This document shows, one piece after another, positions 21,073 through 31,114 of a stretch of 64,000 nucleotides of DNA. Origin of the DNA: Armatimonadota bacterium. GTDB taxonomy: Bacteria > Armatimonadota > SYMT01. The stretch lies in the NCBI GenBank assembly GCA_041690135.1, contig JAWLHY010000003.1, positions 1-64,000 of the forward strand. Direction: 5' to 3'. The notes under the pieces were generated by a model. That model was not told the DNA's origin. It did no database searches and saw only the letters and a program-made list of their open reading frames with translations. The translations under genes and the position numbers were made by a program. Numbering within the stretch: the stretch's first letter is position 1; each line of letters starts with the position of its first letter.

Positions 21073-22140
21073 TTAGCCGTCGGTGGCGTTCCAGGCGGTG
21101 CGGAAGAGGCGCATGAGGTTGCCGTGCATGATATTGGCGACGTCGGTATCCGTGTAGCCGCGGTCGCGGAGCATGGCGGGGAGCTTCTGGAGGTCGGCGA
21201 TGGTGTCCAGGTCGTGGGGGCACTGCTCGGTGCCGAAGCCGCCGTCGAGATCGGTGCCGATGGCCGCGTGGCGAGAGTTGCCGGCAAGCTGGCAGACGTG
21301 GTCGAGGTGGTCGACCAGCATGCTCAGGCTGCAGGCTTTGCTCTCCGTCACATCGATGATCCAGCCGGGCGTGAGCATCCAGGCGTCGAGCGCGCCGCCG
21401 ATCACGCCGCCGCGGGCGATGACGGCCTTGAGCTGCTCGTCGTCCATCTGGCGGTCGCCGGGGACCAGCGCCCGGCAGCACTGGTGGCTGCACTGGACCG
21501 GGCCGTCGAATAGCTCCAGCGCCTCCCAGAAGGCCTGGTCGGCGAGGTGGGTCAGGTCGAGCACCAGGCCGGCCTTCCGGACCTCGGGGAGGAGCTGCCG
21601 GCCCAGGTCGGTGAGGCCGCCGGTGGTGGAGGTGCCGTGGGCGTAGTTGCTGAGGCCGTAGTGGGAGAGGCCGATGCAGCGGAGACCGTCTTCCTTCCAG
21701 CGGTGGACCTGCTCCGGGTAGACGACCGGGTCCGCCCCCTCCATGGTGAGGATGATGCCGAGGGGCGTGGTTTCCGGGTTGGCTTCCCACTCCCGCACGT
21801 GGGCTTCCAGGGAAGGCCAGTCCTTCAGCATCCGCAGGTGACCCTGCTCCTCGCGCATCCGGTAGTAGGCGAGCTGGCCCTGCGCGGCGGCAAAGGCGCT
21901 CTCGGCGGTCCGGTAGCCGGGAAGCGGGTTCAGCGGTTTCTGAACGCGCGCGATCACGGTGGCGATGCTCACCGCCACGTGCCCCTTACGGAGTTCCGGG
22001 TAAGCGACGGTGCCCCGTGCCATCCCCTTCTTCGGCAGGCCCTCTTCCAGGCGCCGCATCTCATGCACGGGCAGCGACAGGTCCCGGTTCCAGGACAGGG
22101 CGTTCATGGCGAGGTCGAGGTGTCCGTCGAAGATCCACAT
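21073..22140 (-). CDS. Membrane dipeptidase (peptidase M19)
   Basis: DGHLD, MEGAD, DLTHL, CSH, IGTDLDGG. Confidence 0.92.
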   Translation of the reverse strand: MWIFDGHLDLAMNALSWNRDLSLPVHEMRRLEEGLPKKGMARGTVAYPELRKGHVAVSIATVIARVQKPLNPLPGYRTAESAFAAAQGQLAYYRMREEQGHLRMLKDWPSLEAHVREWEANPETTPLGIILTMEGADPVVYPEQVHRWKEDGLRCIGLSHYGLSNYAHGTSTTGGLTDLGRQLLPEVRKAGLVLDLTHLADQAFWEALELFDGPVQCSHQCCRALVPGDRQMDDEQLKAVIARGGVIGGALDAWMLTPGWIIDVTESKACSLSMLVDHLDHVCQLAGNSRHAAIGTDLDGGFGTEQCPHDLDTIADLQKLPAMLRDRGYTDTDVANIMHGNLMRLFRTAWNATDG

Positions 22141-22236
22141 GGCTTTGGAAACTCTTTCGTGCTGTGAGAACCGGAGGATAGGGGAGTAAGAGTAAGAGTA
22201 AGAGTAGGAACCGGGTTGAGAAGAACGGCGTTGGGC

Positions 22237-23148
22237 TTATCGTCGGCTCTTGGCCTGGAGGACCTTCACCGTGAAAAGACCCTGGAAGTCGTCGCCGTCG
22301 CGGTAGCCCCAATCCTCGACATCCTCGACCTTGCCGCGGACCCGGTCGCCCTCGCGCATGAACTTCAGGTTCAGGGGCTGGTTGGCCAGGTCACCCAGGA
22401 TCTCGTCCCCCTCGATGCCCTGCACGGAGACCCAGATGTGTTCCGTGATCTTGCCGTCGCTGATCGGCAGCTTCACGTTGAAGTCGCCCTGGTTGGGGCG
22501 CGGGTTCCGGTAGGCTTCCAGGAATTCGGGCCAGCGGCTGCGCGCCTCGGCTTCGGCCTTCTTCAGATCGGGGTCGTCGGGCCGAATCTCCGTCACCGGG
22601 GCGAAGCCGACGTGCAGGCTCCCCAGGGGATCCTCTTCCCGCAGCGCGTCCGGCAGCTCCGGGTTGTAGGGCAGCGTCTGCCCCAGGTGCGTGACATGCA
22701 GCGCCAGGCAATGGTCGTCCGCGAGGGCCGCCGCAATCCGGGCGATCATCTGCTGCCCGCGGGCCAGCTCCTCTCCCTCGTATTCGCCGAGCAGGTCCGC
22801 GGAGATCCAGGCGCGATGTTCGCGCACCGCCTGGGCAATCCGCCCTTCGGAGATCGACTTGGCAACCGCCTCGGGGTTGTCCATGTAGGGAACCGGGAAG
22901 GTGTTGAGCAGGAGCATGTGCTGGTCCAGCTTGACCATGAAGGAGGGCGCCTCGCCCACCACGAAGCGCGGCGCCTCTTCGCTCGGCTCTGCGGGAAAGT
23001 CGATTTCCAGCGCCTGTCCCACCAGCCGGCGCACCGTGTCGACATCCAGGCGCCGGGGTTCGTCCAGCAGCCAGACGAAAGCCACCGGCGGTGATTCCTT
23101 CTTCCGCCCGAACAGCCCCCGTATCCAGTTGAACAGTGCTCTCAGCAT
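22237..23148 (-). CDS. DUF2314 (YegJ-like) domain protein
   Basis: A..EAR..W..F..A, F.VK, EHIWV, G.L.N.P, V.DW C-terminal domain; GGGAG RBS before ATG 23148. Confidence 0.8.
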   Translation of the reverse strand: MLRALFNWIRGLFGRKKESPPVAFVWLLDEPRRLDVDTVRRLVGQALEIDFPAEPSEEAPRFVVGEAPSFMVKLDQHMLLLNTFPVPYMDNPEAVAKSISEGRIAQAVREHRAWISADLLGEYEGEELARGQQMIARIAAALADDHCLALHVTHLGQTLPYNPELPDALREEDPLGSLHVGFAPVTEIRPDDPDLKKAEAEARSRWPEFLEAYRNPRPNQGDFNVKLPISDGKITEHIWVSVQGIEGDEILGDLANQPLNLKFMREGDRVRGKVEDVEDWGYRDGDDFQGLFTVKVLQAKSRR

Positions 23149-23474
23149 CGTGCTCCCTCCCGGCTGGCAACCGATCCGTCCTTCCGTGCAGGTTCGCCGT
23201 CGCGGGAGAGCTTGCCTGCGCCGGGGAGAAACGATCCGCGAATTGGGCGAATGAGGCGAATGGGGACGGAATGGGAGAATGGGGGAGTGGGAGTGGGAGT
23301 GGGAGTAAGAGTAGGAGTAGGAGTTACGCTGGTCACCTGTGGAGGGATGGCGGGCGGTGAGGGGAAAGAGATAGGGGAATGCGCACCGGTCCCGAGCTTG
23401 AGGCTCCGCTTGGAGCGGGCCGAGGGGGTTCGCAGTACATGGTGCAAACCCCGCGGCCGATCCTGCCCCAGACC

Positions 23475-23668
23475 TCACGTTTTACGCATCACGTTTCAGC
23501 GCGAGCACACCCTACTGCGTCCCATCCGAGACTCCGTCCGTCCCTTGCGCATTACGTTTTACGCATCACGTTTCACGCATCACTTCCCCACGTCCGAGAC
23601 GAAATCTCTGCCCTCGCAGCCGCCTCGCACGTAAGCTTCACGTTTCACGCATTACGCAACACGCACCA
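23475..23668. repeat. Heptamer tandem repeat tract (TCACGTT/TTACGCA/TCACGCA)
   Basis: Three clusters such as TTACGTTTTACGCATCACGTTTCACGCATCAC immediately upstream of the sulfatase. Confidence 0.75.
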
Positions 23669-23673
23669 CTACC

Positions 23674-25071
23674 ATGCGCCGCCTGCTCTCCCTCGTTTCC
23701 CTCTTCGGCCTGGCCGCGGGCCTTGCGGTCTCCGCTCCCGCCGCCCGGTCTTCCCGGCCGCCGAACATCGTCATCCTGTTCGCCGATGATCTCGGCTATG
23801 GGGATCTCGGTTGTTACGGGCATCCTTCCATCCGTACGCCGAATCTCGACCGCATGGCGGCCGAGGGGATGCGCTTCACCGACTTCTACTCCGCCGCGCC
23901 GGTCTGCACCCCCAGCCGGGCCGCGTTGCTGACCGGTCGGCTCCCGCAGCGCTCCGGCATGACGAGCGACACCCGGCGGGTGCTGTTCCCGAACTCGAAG
24001 GGCGGGCTGCCGGCGCAGGAGATCACCGTGGCGGAGGCGCTGAAGGGCCAGGGTTACGCCACCGCCTGTATCGGCAAGTGGCACCTCGGGCACCGGCCGG
24101 AATACCTCCCCACCCGGCACGGCTTCGACTACTACTTCGGCATCCCTTATTCCAATGACATGGACCGTCTGCCCACCGCGGGTGGACCGTCCGGCAGCCT
24201 CACGCCGAAGGTCGAGTGGTGGAACGTGCCACTGCTCCGGAATGAGGAGGTGGTCGAGCGCCCGGCGGACCAGCACACCCTCACGGATCGGTACACCCGC
24301 GAGGCGGTCGACTGGATCCGGAAGAGCAAGGACCGTCCGTTCTTCCTCTACCTGCCCTACACCATGCCGCACGTGCCCCTCTTCGCCTCGAAGGCGTACG
24401 CCGGCAAGAGCCCGCGGGGCCTTTACGGCGACACGGTGGAGGAGATCGACGGGAGCGTGGGACGGATCCTGGAAGCCCTGCGCAAGGAGCGGCTGGCGAA
24501 GAACACGCTGGTCTTCTTCACCAGTGACAACGGTCCGTGGCTGATCCAGAAGCTGGCCGGCGGCTCGGCGGGACTCCTGCGCGAAGGGAAGGGCAGCACC
24601 TGGGAAGGCGGGATGCGGGAACCGGCTGTCGCCTGGTGGCCCGGCAAGGTGCCGGCCGGGCGGGTGGAGCAGACGGTGGCCTGCACGATGGACCTCTACA
24701 ATACCAGCCTGAAGCTGGCCGGAGCCGAGGTGCCGACCGACCGTCCCCTCGACGGCAAGGACCTCTCACCCGTGCTGTTCGGCAAGGGCCCCACGGATCC
24801 CGAGCTCTTCTTCTATTACCGCGATACCCAGCTCTACGCTGTGCGCAAAGGCCCCTATAAGGCGCACTTCATCACGAAGTCTGCCTATGGCCGAGACCCG
24901 GCGGTGAAGCATGATCCGCCGCTCCTGTTCCACCTGCGCCACGATCCTTCGGAGCAGTACAACGTCGCCGCCGAGCACCCGGAGGTGCTGGCGGAGATTG
25001 CGCAGGAGGTCGAGAAGCACCGCGCCGGCATGGTTCCCGGCAAGCCGCAGTTGAACGAGGTGGAGCAGTAG
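23674..25071 (+). CDS. Sulfatase (arylsulfatase A-like)
   Basis: PNIV..ADDLGYGD, CTPSRAALLTG, GKWHLG, SDNG. Confidence 0.95.
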   Translation: MRRLLSLVSLFGLAAGLAVSAPAARSSRPPNIVILFADDLGYGDLGCYGHPSIRTPNLDRMAAEGMRFTDFYSAAPVCTPSRAALLTGRLPQRSGMTSDTRRVLFPNSKGGLPAQEITVAEALKGQGYATACIGKWHLGHRPEYLPTRHGFDYYFGIPYSNDMDRLPTAGGPSGSLTPKVEWWNVPLLRNEEVVERPADQHTLTDRYTREAVDWIRKSKDRPFFLYLPYTMPHVPLFASKAYAGKSPRGLYGDTVEEIDGSVGRILEALRKERLAKNTLVFFTSDNGPWLIQKLAGGSAGLLREGKGSTWEGGMREPAVAWWPGKVPAGRVEQTVACTMDLYNTSLKLAGAEVPTDRPLDGKDLSPVLFGKGPTDPELFFYYRDTQLYAVRKGPYKAHFITKSAYGRDPAVKHDPPLLFHLRHDPSEQYNVAAEHPEVLAEIAQEVEKHRAGMVPGKPQLNEVEQ

Positions 25072-25161
25072 AGATCCAACGCGAGTTGCGGAAGGAACCC
25101 CGTGCGGAGGCTGCCAACTCCTCTTCAAGGACACGAGGGCTCTCACGAAAGGAGACCTGCG

Positions 25162-25845
25162 ATGAGTGGACTGAAGAGTGGTCCCGCCGTGCCGACCTGG
25201 CTGGCGGCCGGCCTGATTGGGGTGGCGATTGGCGGAGCGGGAGGGTTCTACGGCGCTTCCTGGGCGAAGAAGCCCGCCAGCGCCGCTTCCGCGCCTGGCG
25301 GGATGGGTGGGGGTATGATGGGCGGCATGGGCGGTGGGATGATGGGTGGGGGCGGAGGCGGTGCCCAGGACCATCCCAGCGCGGCGGCGTTGATCCGGAC
25401 GGTCGGCTCCCTGACGACCCTGGAGAAGCTGCGTGGTAAGGAACTGACCGCTGAACAGCGCGCCAAGGTGGCCGAAGCGGCGGCGGCCCTGAAGACCGAA
25501 GCCGCGATGACCGAGGCCGAGTGCGAGCAGAAGCTGGCCGAGCTCACCTCCGCCTTGACGGAGGACCAGCGAACGGCCCTGGAAGAGCTGAGCCCCCGGC
25601 GCGGACGCGGCGGGCGTGGTGGACCTGGGGGCGGCACGACGGCCGGGCCGGGAGGGGGTAACGCACCGGCCGCCAATAATCCCGGAAGCGTCAACGGTCC
25701 CGGCGGCGGCGGGATGATGCCCGCTTCGATGGGAGGCGGAGGCGGCATGGGAGGCGGCCCGCCGCGGATCGATTACGAACACCCCTTCAAGGAGGGGCGG
25801 GGCCGGGAGCGCCTGGAAGAGTTGCTGAATTTGCTGGGCAAGTAA
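25162..25845 (+). CDS. Gly/Met-rich exported protein with LTxxQ-like motifs
   Basis: AAGGAG RBS, TM anchor, LTAEQ and LTEDQ motifs. Confidence 0.7.
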   Translation: MSGLKSGPAVPTWLAAGLIGVAIGGAGGFYGASWAKKPASAASAPGGMGGGMMGGMGGGMMGGGGGGAQDHPSAAALIRTVGSLTTLEKLRGKELTAEQRAKVAEAAAALKTEAAMTEAECEQKLAELTSALTEDQRTALEELSPRRGRGGRGGPGGGTTAGPGGGNAPAANNPGSVNGPGGGGMMPASMGGGGGMGGGPPRIDYEHPFKEGRGRERLEELLNLLGK

Positions 25846-25862
25846 GGGAACGGAAGGGACTG

Positions 25863-26849
25863 ATGAGACGGAGAGAGTTGCTAGAGGGCGCGGCGGTGGC
25901 CGCGTTGTTGGGACTGGCGCCGCGGGTGGGGGGAGCGCAGGAGCTCTCCCTGCCGGACGCGAAGCCGATTCCGCGGATGCAGGTGCTGCCGCTGCCGCAC
26001 GACCAGGCGTCGTTCGAACGGGAGCGCGTTGAGATCACGCGGTATCACTTCGGGCCGAACCAGCGACGGCCGTTCCTCTATCCGATCATCGGTCCCTCCG
26101 GCCGTTCCCTCACCCGGATGGGCCACCCGCACGCGGCGGCAAGCCACAGCCACCACAACTCCGTGTGGATCTCGCACCACGACGTGAACGGCGACGCCTT
26201 CTGGCCGGACAACACCGCAGGGCGGATCGTGCCGCAGTGGATCGTCCAGTACACGGACGGAGACCAGGAGGCCTCGCTGGTGGCCATCAACCACTGGGTG
26301 GGTAAGGAAGACCGGGTCCACCTGGTCGAGCGGCGCGGGGTGAAGGTGGTCGACCTCCCGAATAAGGAGTGGCTCCTGGTCGTGGACCTGCAGTTGGAGC
26401 CGAAGGGCCAGCCGGCGACCCTGGGCAAGACCCCGTTCGGGATGTTCGCCGTCCGGATGGCCAAGACCATCGGCGTGAACGACGGCGGCGGCATGATCCG
26501 TAACTCCGAGGGGAACGTCAACGAGCAGGGCCCCAACGGCTGCTTCTGGAAGCGTGCTCGCTGGGTGGACTACTCCGGGCCGATCCTGCCGGGAGTGAAC
26601 GAAGGGATCACCCTCTTCGACCACCCGGCCAATCCGAATTACCCCAGCCACTTCCACGTGCGCCAGGACGGCTGGATGGGTTCGAGCCTCACCTTCGAGG
26701 GCCCGCTCGTCCTGGAGCCCGGCAAGCTTCTCCGCCTGCGCTACGCGCTTTACGTCCACCGCGGCGTGCCTTCTCCGGCTATCATAGACCGGCAGTGGGA
26801 GCCGTTCTCGAAGACAAAGATCGAGGACCTGCCCAACTTCCGGAAGTAG
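25863..26849 (+). CDS. DUF6807/PmoA-like (PF14100-type) exported protein
   Basis: RPFLYP...G..LT, H.HH.S.W, DHP.N, RR-type signal. Confidence 0.8.
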   Translation: MRRRELLEGAAVAALLGLAPRVGGAQELSLPDAKPIPRMQVLPLPHDQASFERERVEITRYHFGPNQRRPFLYPIIGPSGRSLTRMGHPHAAASHSHHNSVWISHHDVNGDAFWPDNTAGRIVPQWIVQYTDGDQEASLVAINHWVGKEDRVHLVERRGVKVVDLPNKEWLLVVDLQLEPKGQPATLGKTPFGMFAVRMAKTIGVNDGGGMIRNSEGNVNEQGPNGCFWKRARWVDYSGPILPGVNEGITLFDHPANPNYPSHFHVRQDGWMGSSLTFEGPLVLEPGKLLRLRYALYVHRGVPSPAIIDRQWEPFSKTKIEDLPNFRK

Positions 26850-26854
26850 CGGGG

Positions 26855-27475
26855 ATGTCCGTTCTTAACAGACTGCTGGGCCGGGGACCGGGTAAAGAAG
26901 AAGAGTTCTGGGAGTGGTTCCGCGAGCACTCCGAGGCGCTCTGGCGGCTCACGGCGGAAGACACGGACGCCATTGTGGAGTTGACCACGCGCCTGAAGCG
27001 CGTGCACCGGGATCTCGGCTTCCAATTCGGGCCGGTGTACGAGGGGGTGCGGGAGCTGGCCATCACGGCGGGCGGGGTCCAGGCCGCCTTTCCGGCCGTG
27101 GTGCGGCTGGTGGAAATGGCCCCGGAATTACCCGGGTGGGAGGTGGTCTCCTTCCGGCCCCGCGTCCGGATTACGGGCTATTCCGTGAAAACGGAAGAGC
27201 TCGAGCTGGCGGCGGACGACGTGTGGTTCGAGGCGAACCCCGATGGGCCAAAGGTCGCCCTGCGCCTGTACATCAAGGGGCTGCCCCGGAAGAACCCACG
27301 TCCCTACCAGACCGCCGCTTACACGCTGCTGGACCACGCCCTCGGCGAGTTCGACGTGGTGATGCTGGTCGGCAGCATCTGGTGGGAGCCCCTCCCGGAC
27401 AACCCCGCCGCCCGCGGCCTGCGCCCCCTCCACCAGGTGCCGGAATTCGTGGACCGGCTGGTGCGGTTCGGTTGA
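26855..27475 (+). CDS. Conserved hypothetical protein (FWxWF N-terminus)
   Basis: FWEWF..ELAITAGG..FP.V..LV..AP..W..FR..LLD..LGE pattern. Confidence 0.7.
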   Translation: MSVLNRLLGRGPGKEEEFWEWFREHSEALWRLTAEDTDAIVELTTRLKRVHRDLGFQFGPVYEGVRELAITAGGVQAAFPAVVRLVEMAPELPGWEVVSFRPRVRITGYSVKTEELELAADDVWFEANPDGPKVALRLYIKGLPRKNPRPYQTAAYTLLDHALGEFDVVMLVGSIWWEPLPDNPAARGLRPLHQVPEFVDRLVRFG

Positions 27476-27856
27476 CAGTCCCCTGCCCACCTTCGACACA
27501 GAGGGACACAGAGGAGACCAGAAGGGACACAGAGCTTCGCCGGAATGGAGGGGGCGTTGGACCCGGATGGGACGGATAAGCACGGGGTTGAGATGGAAGA
27601 GGGAAACGTAGATCGGGCGCGATAACTCCAGGCCAGGGATTGGTTGAATTGAAATGTAGGGGCAGTCGCTGTGCTTGCCCTGTTCTGGGGCTGATGAGCG
27701 CCTGCAAACTCGTATTTGCCGGGTAGCATTGTTGGCCTGTGACTGCCCGTTGGCTCGCCCACATGGACTTGCGCGAGTATGGCCGCAGCGAGCGCCAGCG
27801 GCTCAGGACGCCAAAGTTGTGTTGCGTCGGCGAACTGCCGACCCAAGCGTAGGGCG

Positions 27857-30142
27857 CTATTCCAGCACCACGTAGAGCGTATTCTTTGGGAAGCGAAGTC
27901 TCACACCGGAGTTGGTACGCGTGAGGGGCGTCTCGCCCATGGGATTGCCGTTGGGGTCCAGGGCGGTGGCCTTCTTTAGCTTCGGATTGCCGAGGGTGAG
28001 GGTGACCTGGGCGGTAACCACCTGCCACGGTGCTTTGCCGAAGCTCTCCACCCGGTAGCCCTCGAAGCTCCCTTCCTTGACCTTGATGGTGGTGGGGACT
28101 TCCTTCCAGCCGGTGGGACGGCCGGGAGTGTTCACCTGAACCAGCACCTTGCCGGAATTCTTCAGGGGCAGGCCGTCCATGGACACCGTGTAGACCGCGC
28201 CGAACTCGTTGCCGGAATCGATCTCTACGTCCGTCAGCTTGAAGTTCCGCCGATTGCCGAAGAAGGCCGCCACCCCCTGGGCGCGGGGCGCGTTCACGGT
28301 GCAGTAGCCCTTACCGTAGTCCAGCAGGATCTCGCCGGTGTTGCTGCGGACCGTCTTCGCGGCAGGATCGACGTACTTCGCCAGGTCCGCCACCCGGCTC
28401 TTAGCGGGATCGCCGCCGTAGCGGACCTCCACCGGACCGACCAGGAACGCTTCGGGCGGGACCCGCTGCTTTACACTGGAGGTGGGAGCGAGGTTGCCGG
28501 CGTCCCGGTTTGGGTCGAAGCTGGCGCCCTCGGAGATGATGGGGGTGCGGCGCTGCCAGAGATCGGCGAGCGAGCGCTCCTCCGCCACCACGGGTTCCCC
28601 TTTCCGGAGGTAGCCGCGGCGATACATCAGCGCCGCGGCCGGGAAGCCACCCAGCATGTCCGGGCTGCCGAAAAGCCACTTCCCCTGCGACTGGAGGTAG
28701 CCGTTCGCGGACTGCGGGGGCGTCCACTCGTCCTCCCTCGTGGCGAACCAGTAGAAGGCGTCGACGCCGGTGAGGGACTGGTACGCGGACACGAGGAACG
28801 GCCCCTCCGCCGCGCGGCCGTTCGGCATCACCCACGCACTCTCGGTCACGATCATCGGGAAGCCCTTCACCTGCTTCAGGTTGATGGGCAGCTCCCGCGG
28901 CTCTTTCAGCACGGAGGGGCTGGTGAACTGGTCGCCGTTCACGATCGCCCAGCCCTGGTTTGGCCCCACGTGCATCCCGCCGAAGTAGTGGTTTACGGCG
29001 AGGACGTCGTTGGCGGTGTAAGTCCACCGCTCGGCGTCGTTCAGCCGGACCATATCCCCGGTCTTCCAGTTTGTGGCGTTGACGAGCTGCTTGCAGCCCA
29101 GCTCCTTCCGCAGGTACTCCGCCGTTTGCCGGTGGAATGCGTGCATCGTCTCCGCCCAGAACTGGAGCTGGTCGTCCAGGCGTTTCGCCCGCCCGCCGGA
29201 GCGGTTCTGGGTCATCTCCCAGAGGTTGTGGAAATCGACGACCTTCCCGGCCCGGTCGTCGCCCGGCAGCGCATCGTTGTTCCACGCGGCGAAGGCTGCG
29301 TCGAGGGAGCCGTGCTTCTTCTCCAGCCAGGCGGCGAACTTCATCCCCAGGCGGCGCCGCTGCTCGCCCTTGATGTTGTTGACCGTCCAGAAGAGGAGGC
29401 TGTCCTCGTTCTGCACCTGGATGATGGCGACGGCCGGGTCCTGGGCGAGCGGGATGCCGGTGTAGGGGTTCTTCTCCAGGAAGAGCGCCCGGAGCCAGGC
29501 GCGGTACCCCTCCTGCAGCTTCTCATCGAAGAAGAGCAGCCCGTGCACCGACTGCTGGGGACCGCCGGGGATGCCCCAACCCGGCCCCAACTGCGTGGTG
29601 TTCGGCCAGTAGGGGGAGATCGTGGTGTAGATCCCCTCCTTCTTCATCGCCGCGACCGTGCGCCAGATCCAGTCCCGCTCGCTCGCGTTGATATCGGTAA
29701 GCGCGGCGTTCGGGTTCGCCTTCAGGTCCGGGTTCACGTGGGCGTGGCAGCGGACCATGTTCACCCCGCGCTTCGCCAGGAACCGCGCGTGGCGGGCGAG
29801 GTCCGGCTCCGTCTTCCGCCAGAGCGGGCGGGGGCGGTACGGCTTTTCGCGGCCCACGTTGGTGTTCACCGCCCAGAACCGGACCGGCTGGCCGTTACCC
29901 AGGAGGAAGTCGCCGTTCTTGTCGGTCCGGACGAACCCGGACTCGCCGGCCGTCTTCTCATTGAGCGAGCGGAGATCCAGCAGCGCCTGGGGGGAGAACT
30001 CATCCGGCTTGGGCTGGAAGGGCCAGGTTGACGCCTCCTCGACCTGAGCCTGCACCGGCGGTGCGGGCACCGAGGCCGCGCACCCGGCCAGCAGCCCGCC
30101 CACCACGCACAACTGAACGACTCGCAAGCTCTGATCCGGCAT
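27857..30142 (-). CDS. GH-A clan (GH5-like) glycoside hydrolase lipoprotein
   Basis: LLAGC lipobox, VRFWAVN, GVNMVRCH, NPYTG..LA.DP, QNE acid/base, P.IVTE nucleophile. Confidence 0.8.
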   Translation of the reverse strand: MPDQSLRVVQLCVVGGLLAGCAASVPAPPVQAQVEEASTWPFQPKPDEFSPQALLDLRSLNEKTAGESGFVRTDKNGDFLLGNGQPVRFWAVNTNVGREKPYRPRPLWRKTEPDLARHARFLAKRGVNMVRCHAHVNPDLKANPNAALTDINASERDWIWRTVAAMKKEGIYTTISPYWPNTTQLGPGWGIPGGPQQSVHGLLFFDEKLQEGYRAWLRALFLEKNPYTGIPLAQDPAVAIIQVQNEDSLLFWTVNNIKGEQRRRLGMKFAAWLEKKHGSLDAAFAAWNNDALPGDDRAGKVVDFHNLWEMTQNRSGGRAKRLDDQLQFWAETMHAFHRQTAEYLRKELGCKQLVNATNWKTGDMVRLNDAERWTYTANDVLAVNHYFGGMHVGPNQGWAIVNGDQFTSPSVLKEPRELPINLKQVKGFPMIVTESAWVMPNGRAAEGPFLVSAYQSLTGVDAFYWFATREDEWTPPQSANGYLQSQGKWLFGSPDMLGGFPAAALMYRRGYLRKGEPVVAEERSLADLWQRRTPIISEGASFDPNRDAGNLAPTSSVKQRVPPEAFLVGPVEVRYGGDPAKSRVADLAKYVDPAAKTVRSNTGEILLDYGKGYCTVNAPRAQGVAAFFGNRRNFKLTDVEIDSGNEFGAVYTVSMDGLPLKNSGKVLVQVNTPGRPTGWKEVPTTIKVKEGSFEGYRVESFGKAPWQVVTAQVTLTLGNPKLKKATALDPNGNPMGETPLTRTNSGVRLRFPKNTLYVVLE

Positions 30143-30495
30143 CACCAACGTTACTCCCTGGGGGCCCACACTCTGGCATGCGTAGCAAACAGGCAGGTCA
30201 CTCGGCTTGCCGCTCCACCTGGCGGGGCAGAAGATCCACACCACACGACGGGTGCGAGCACATTGGCAGGCGGTGACGGAGCATCCCGCCCTACACCGGT
30301 GCCGGTTCATGACAAGTTCCGCTTACCGGGACAGCGGGTATGAGGTTAGTTTCGCACAGGGACGGTGTCGTCAACCAGGGTCTTTGTATATGGGGACCTC
30401 AAGACCCATCTTCACGGTATGTCCCGGTACGCGGTACACTTCTCCTGAGTTGCCCGGATTGCCTCCTCTGTCCGGGTCATGGAGAACCCCCACAA

Positions 30496-30807
30496 ATGGA
30501 TGCCTCGGAATTCGAAACCACGCGCCTGCTGGAAGTCACCGGGCAGACGCCTCACCTCACCGACCGCGAGAAGCACCTGGTTGGGCTGGCCGTTACCGCT
30601 ACCCGCGGCTGCGTGTACTGTACGGGCGGCCGGATCCGCAAGGCAATCGACGCCGGTATCCCCTACGAAACGGTGCGCGCCGCCCTCGACCTGTCGGCGG
30701 CGGTCAATGCGGGCGTGACGCTGCGGACGGCCCTCCAGGGTGCGGAAGCCCAGGGCGTCAACTCCGCCTGTAACGGCGACGAGTGTGCGGTGGGTGTTGG
30801 CGGATGA
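30496..30807 (+). CDS. Carboxymuconolactone decarboxylase/AhpD family protein
   Basis: L..REK.LV.LAV...GCVYC; GGAG RBS. Confidence 0.85.
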   Translation: MDASEFETTRLLEVTGQTPHLTDREKHLVGLAVTATRGCVYCTGGRIRKAIDAGIPYETVRAALDLSAAVNAGVTLRTALQGAEAQGVNSACNGDECAVGVGG

Positions 30808-30909
30808 GGAGCGCGGACGTCCCGTCCGCCGGTGGTCAGGTGTTCGGGTGGTCAGGTGGTCAGGTGTTCGGGTTGGGCATATAGGCGGTCCGGCAATTCA
30901 GGCATTCAG

Positions 30910-31041
30910 GATGTTGTTGGGAAATCGATACCGCCATCGAAGACCGCACCGTAGGGAATGTGACGCCGTTCCATTCCGTTGCTTGCGAAGCTGATCTCGT
31001 TAGGCCAACTCGCGTACACCCGAGAATTTGCCAATAACATC
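30910..31041. mobile_element. Candidate 132-bp MITE
   Basis: Terminal IR GATGTTGTTGGGAAAT / ATTTGCCAATAACATC (14/16), flanked on both sides by ATTCAG. Confidence 0.5.
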
Positions 31042-31114
31042 ATTCAGGCATTCGGGCGCTCAGGCATTGGGCATGGGGTGAGGCCGCGTTGGTCAGGGAA
31101 GCAGAGGTACGAGC

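Noticed and set aside
25863-26849. 'PmoA' proteins (also 50594-51841) as methane monooxygenase linked to the PQQ dehydrogenase
   Set aside because: These are soluble exported DUF6807-type proteins, not the integral-membrane pMMO subunit; no pmoB/pmoC.
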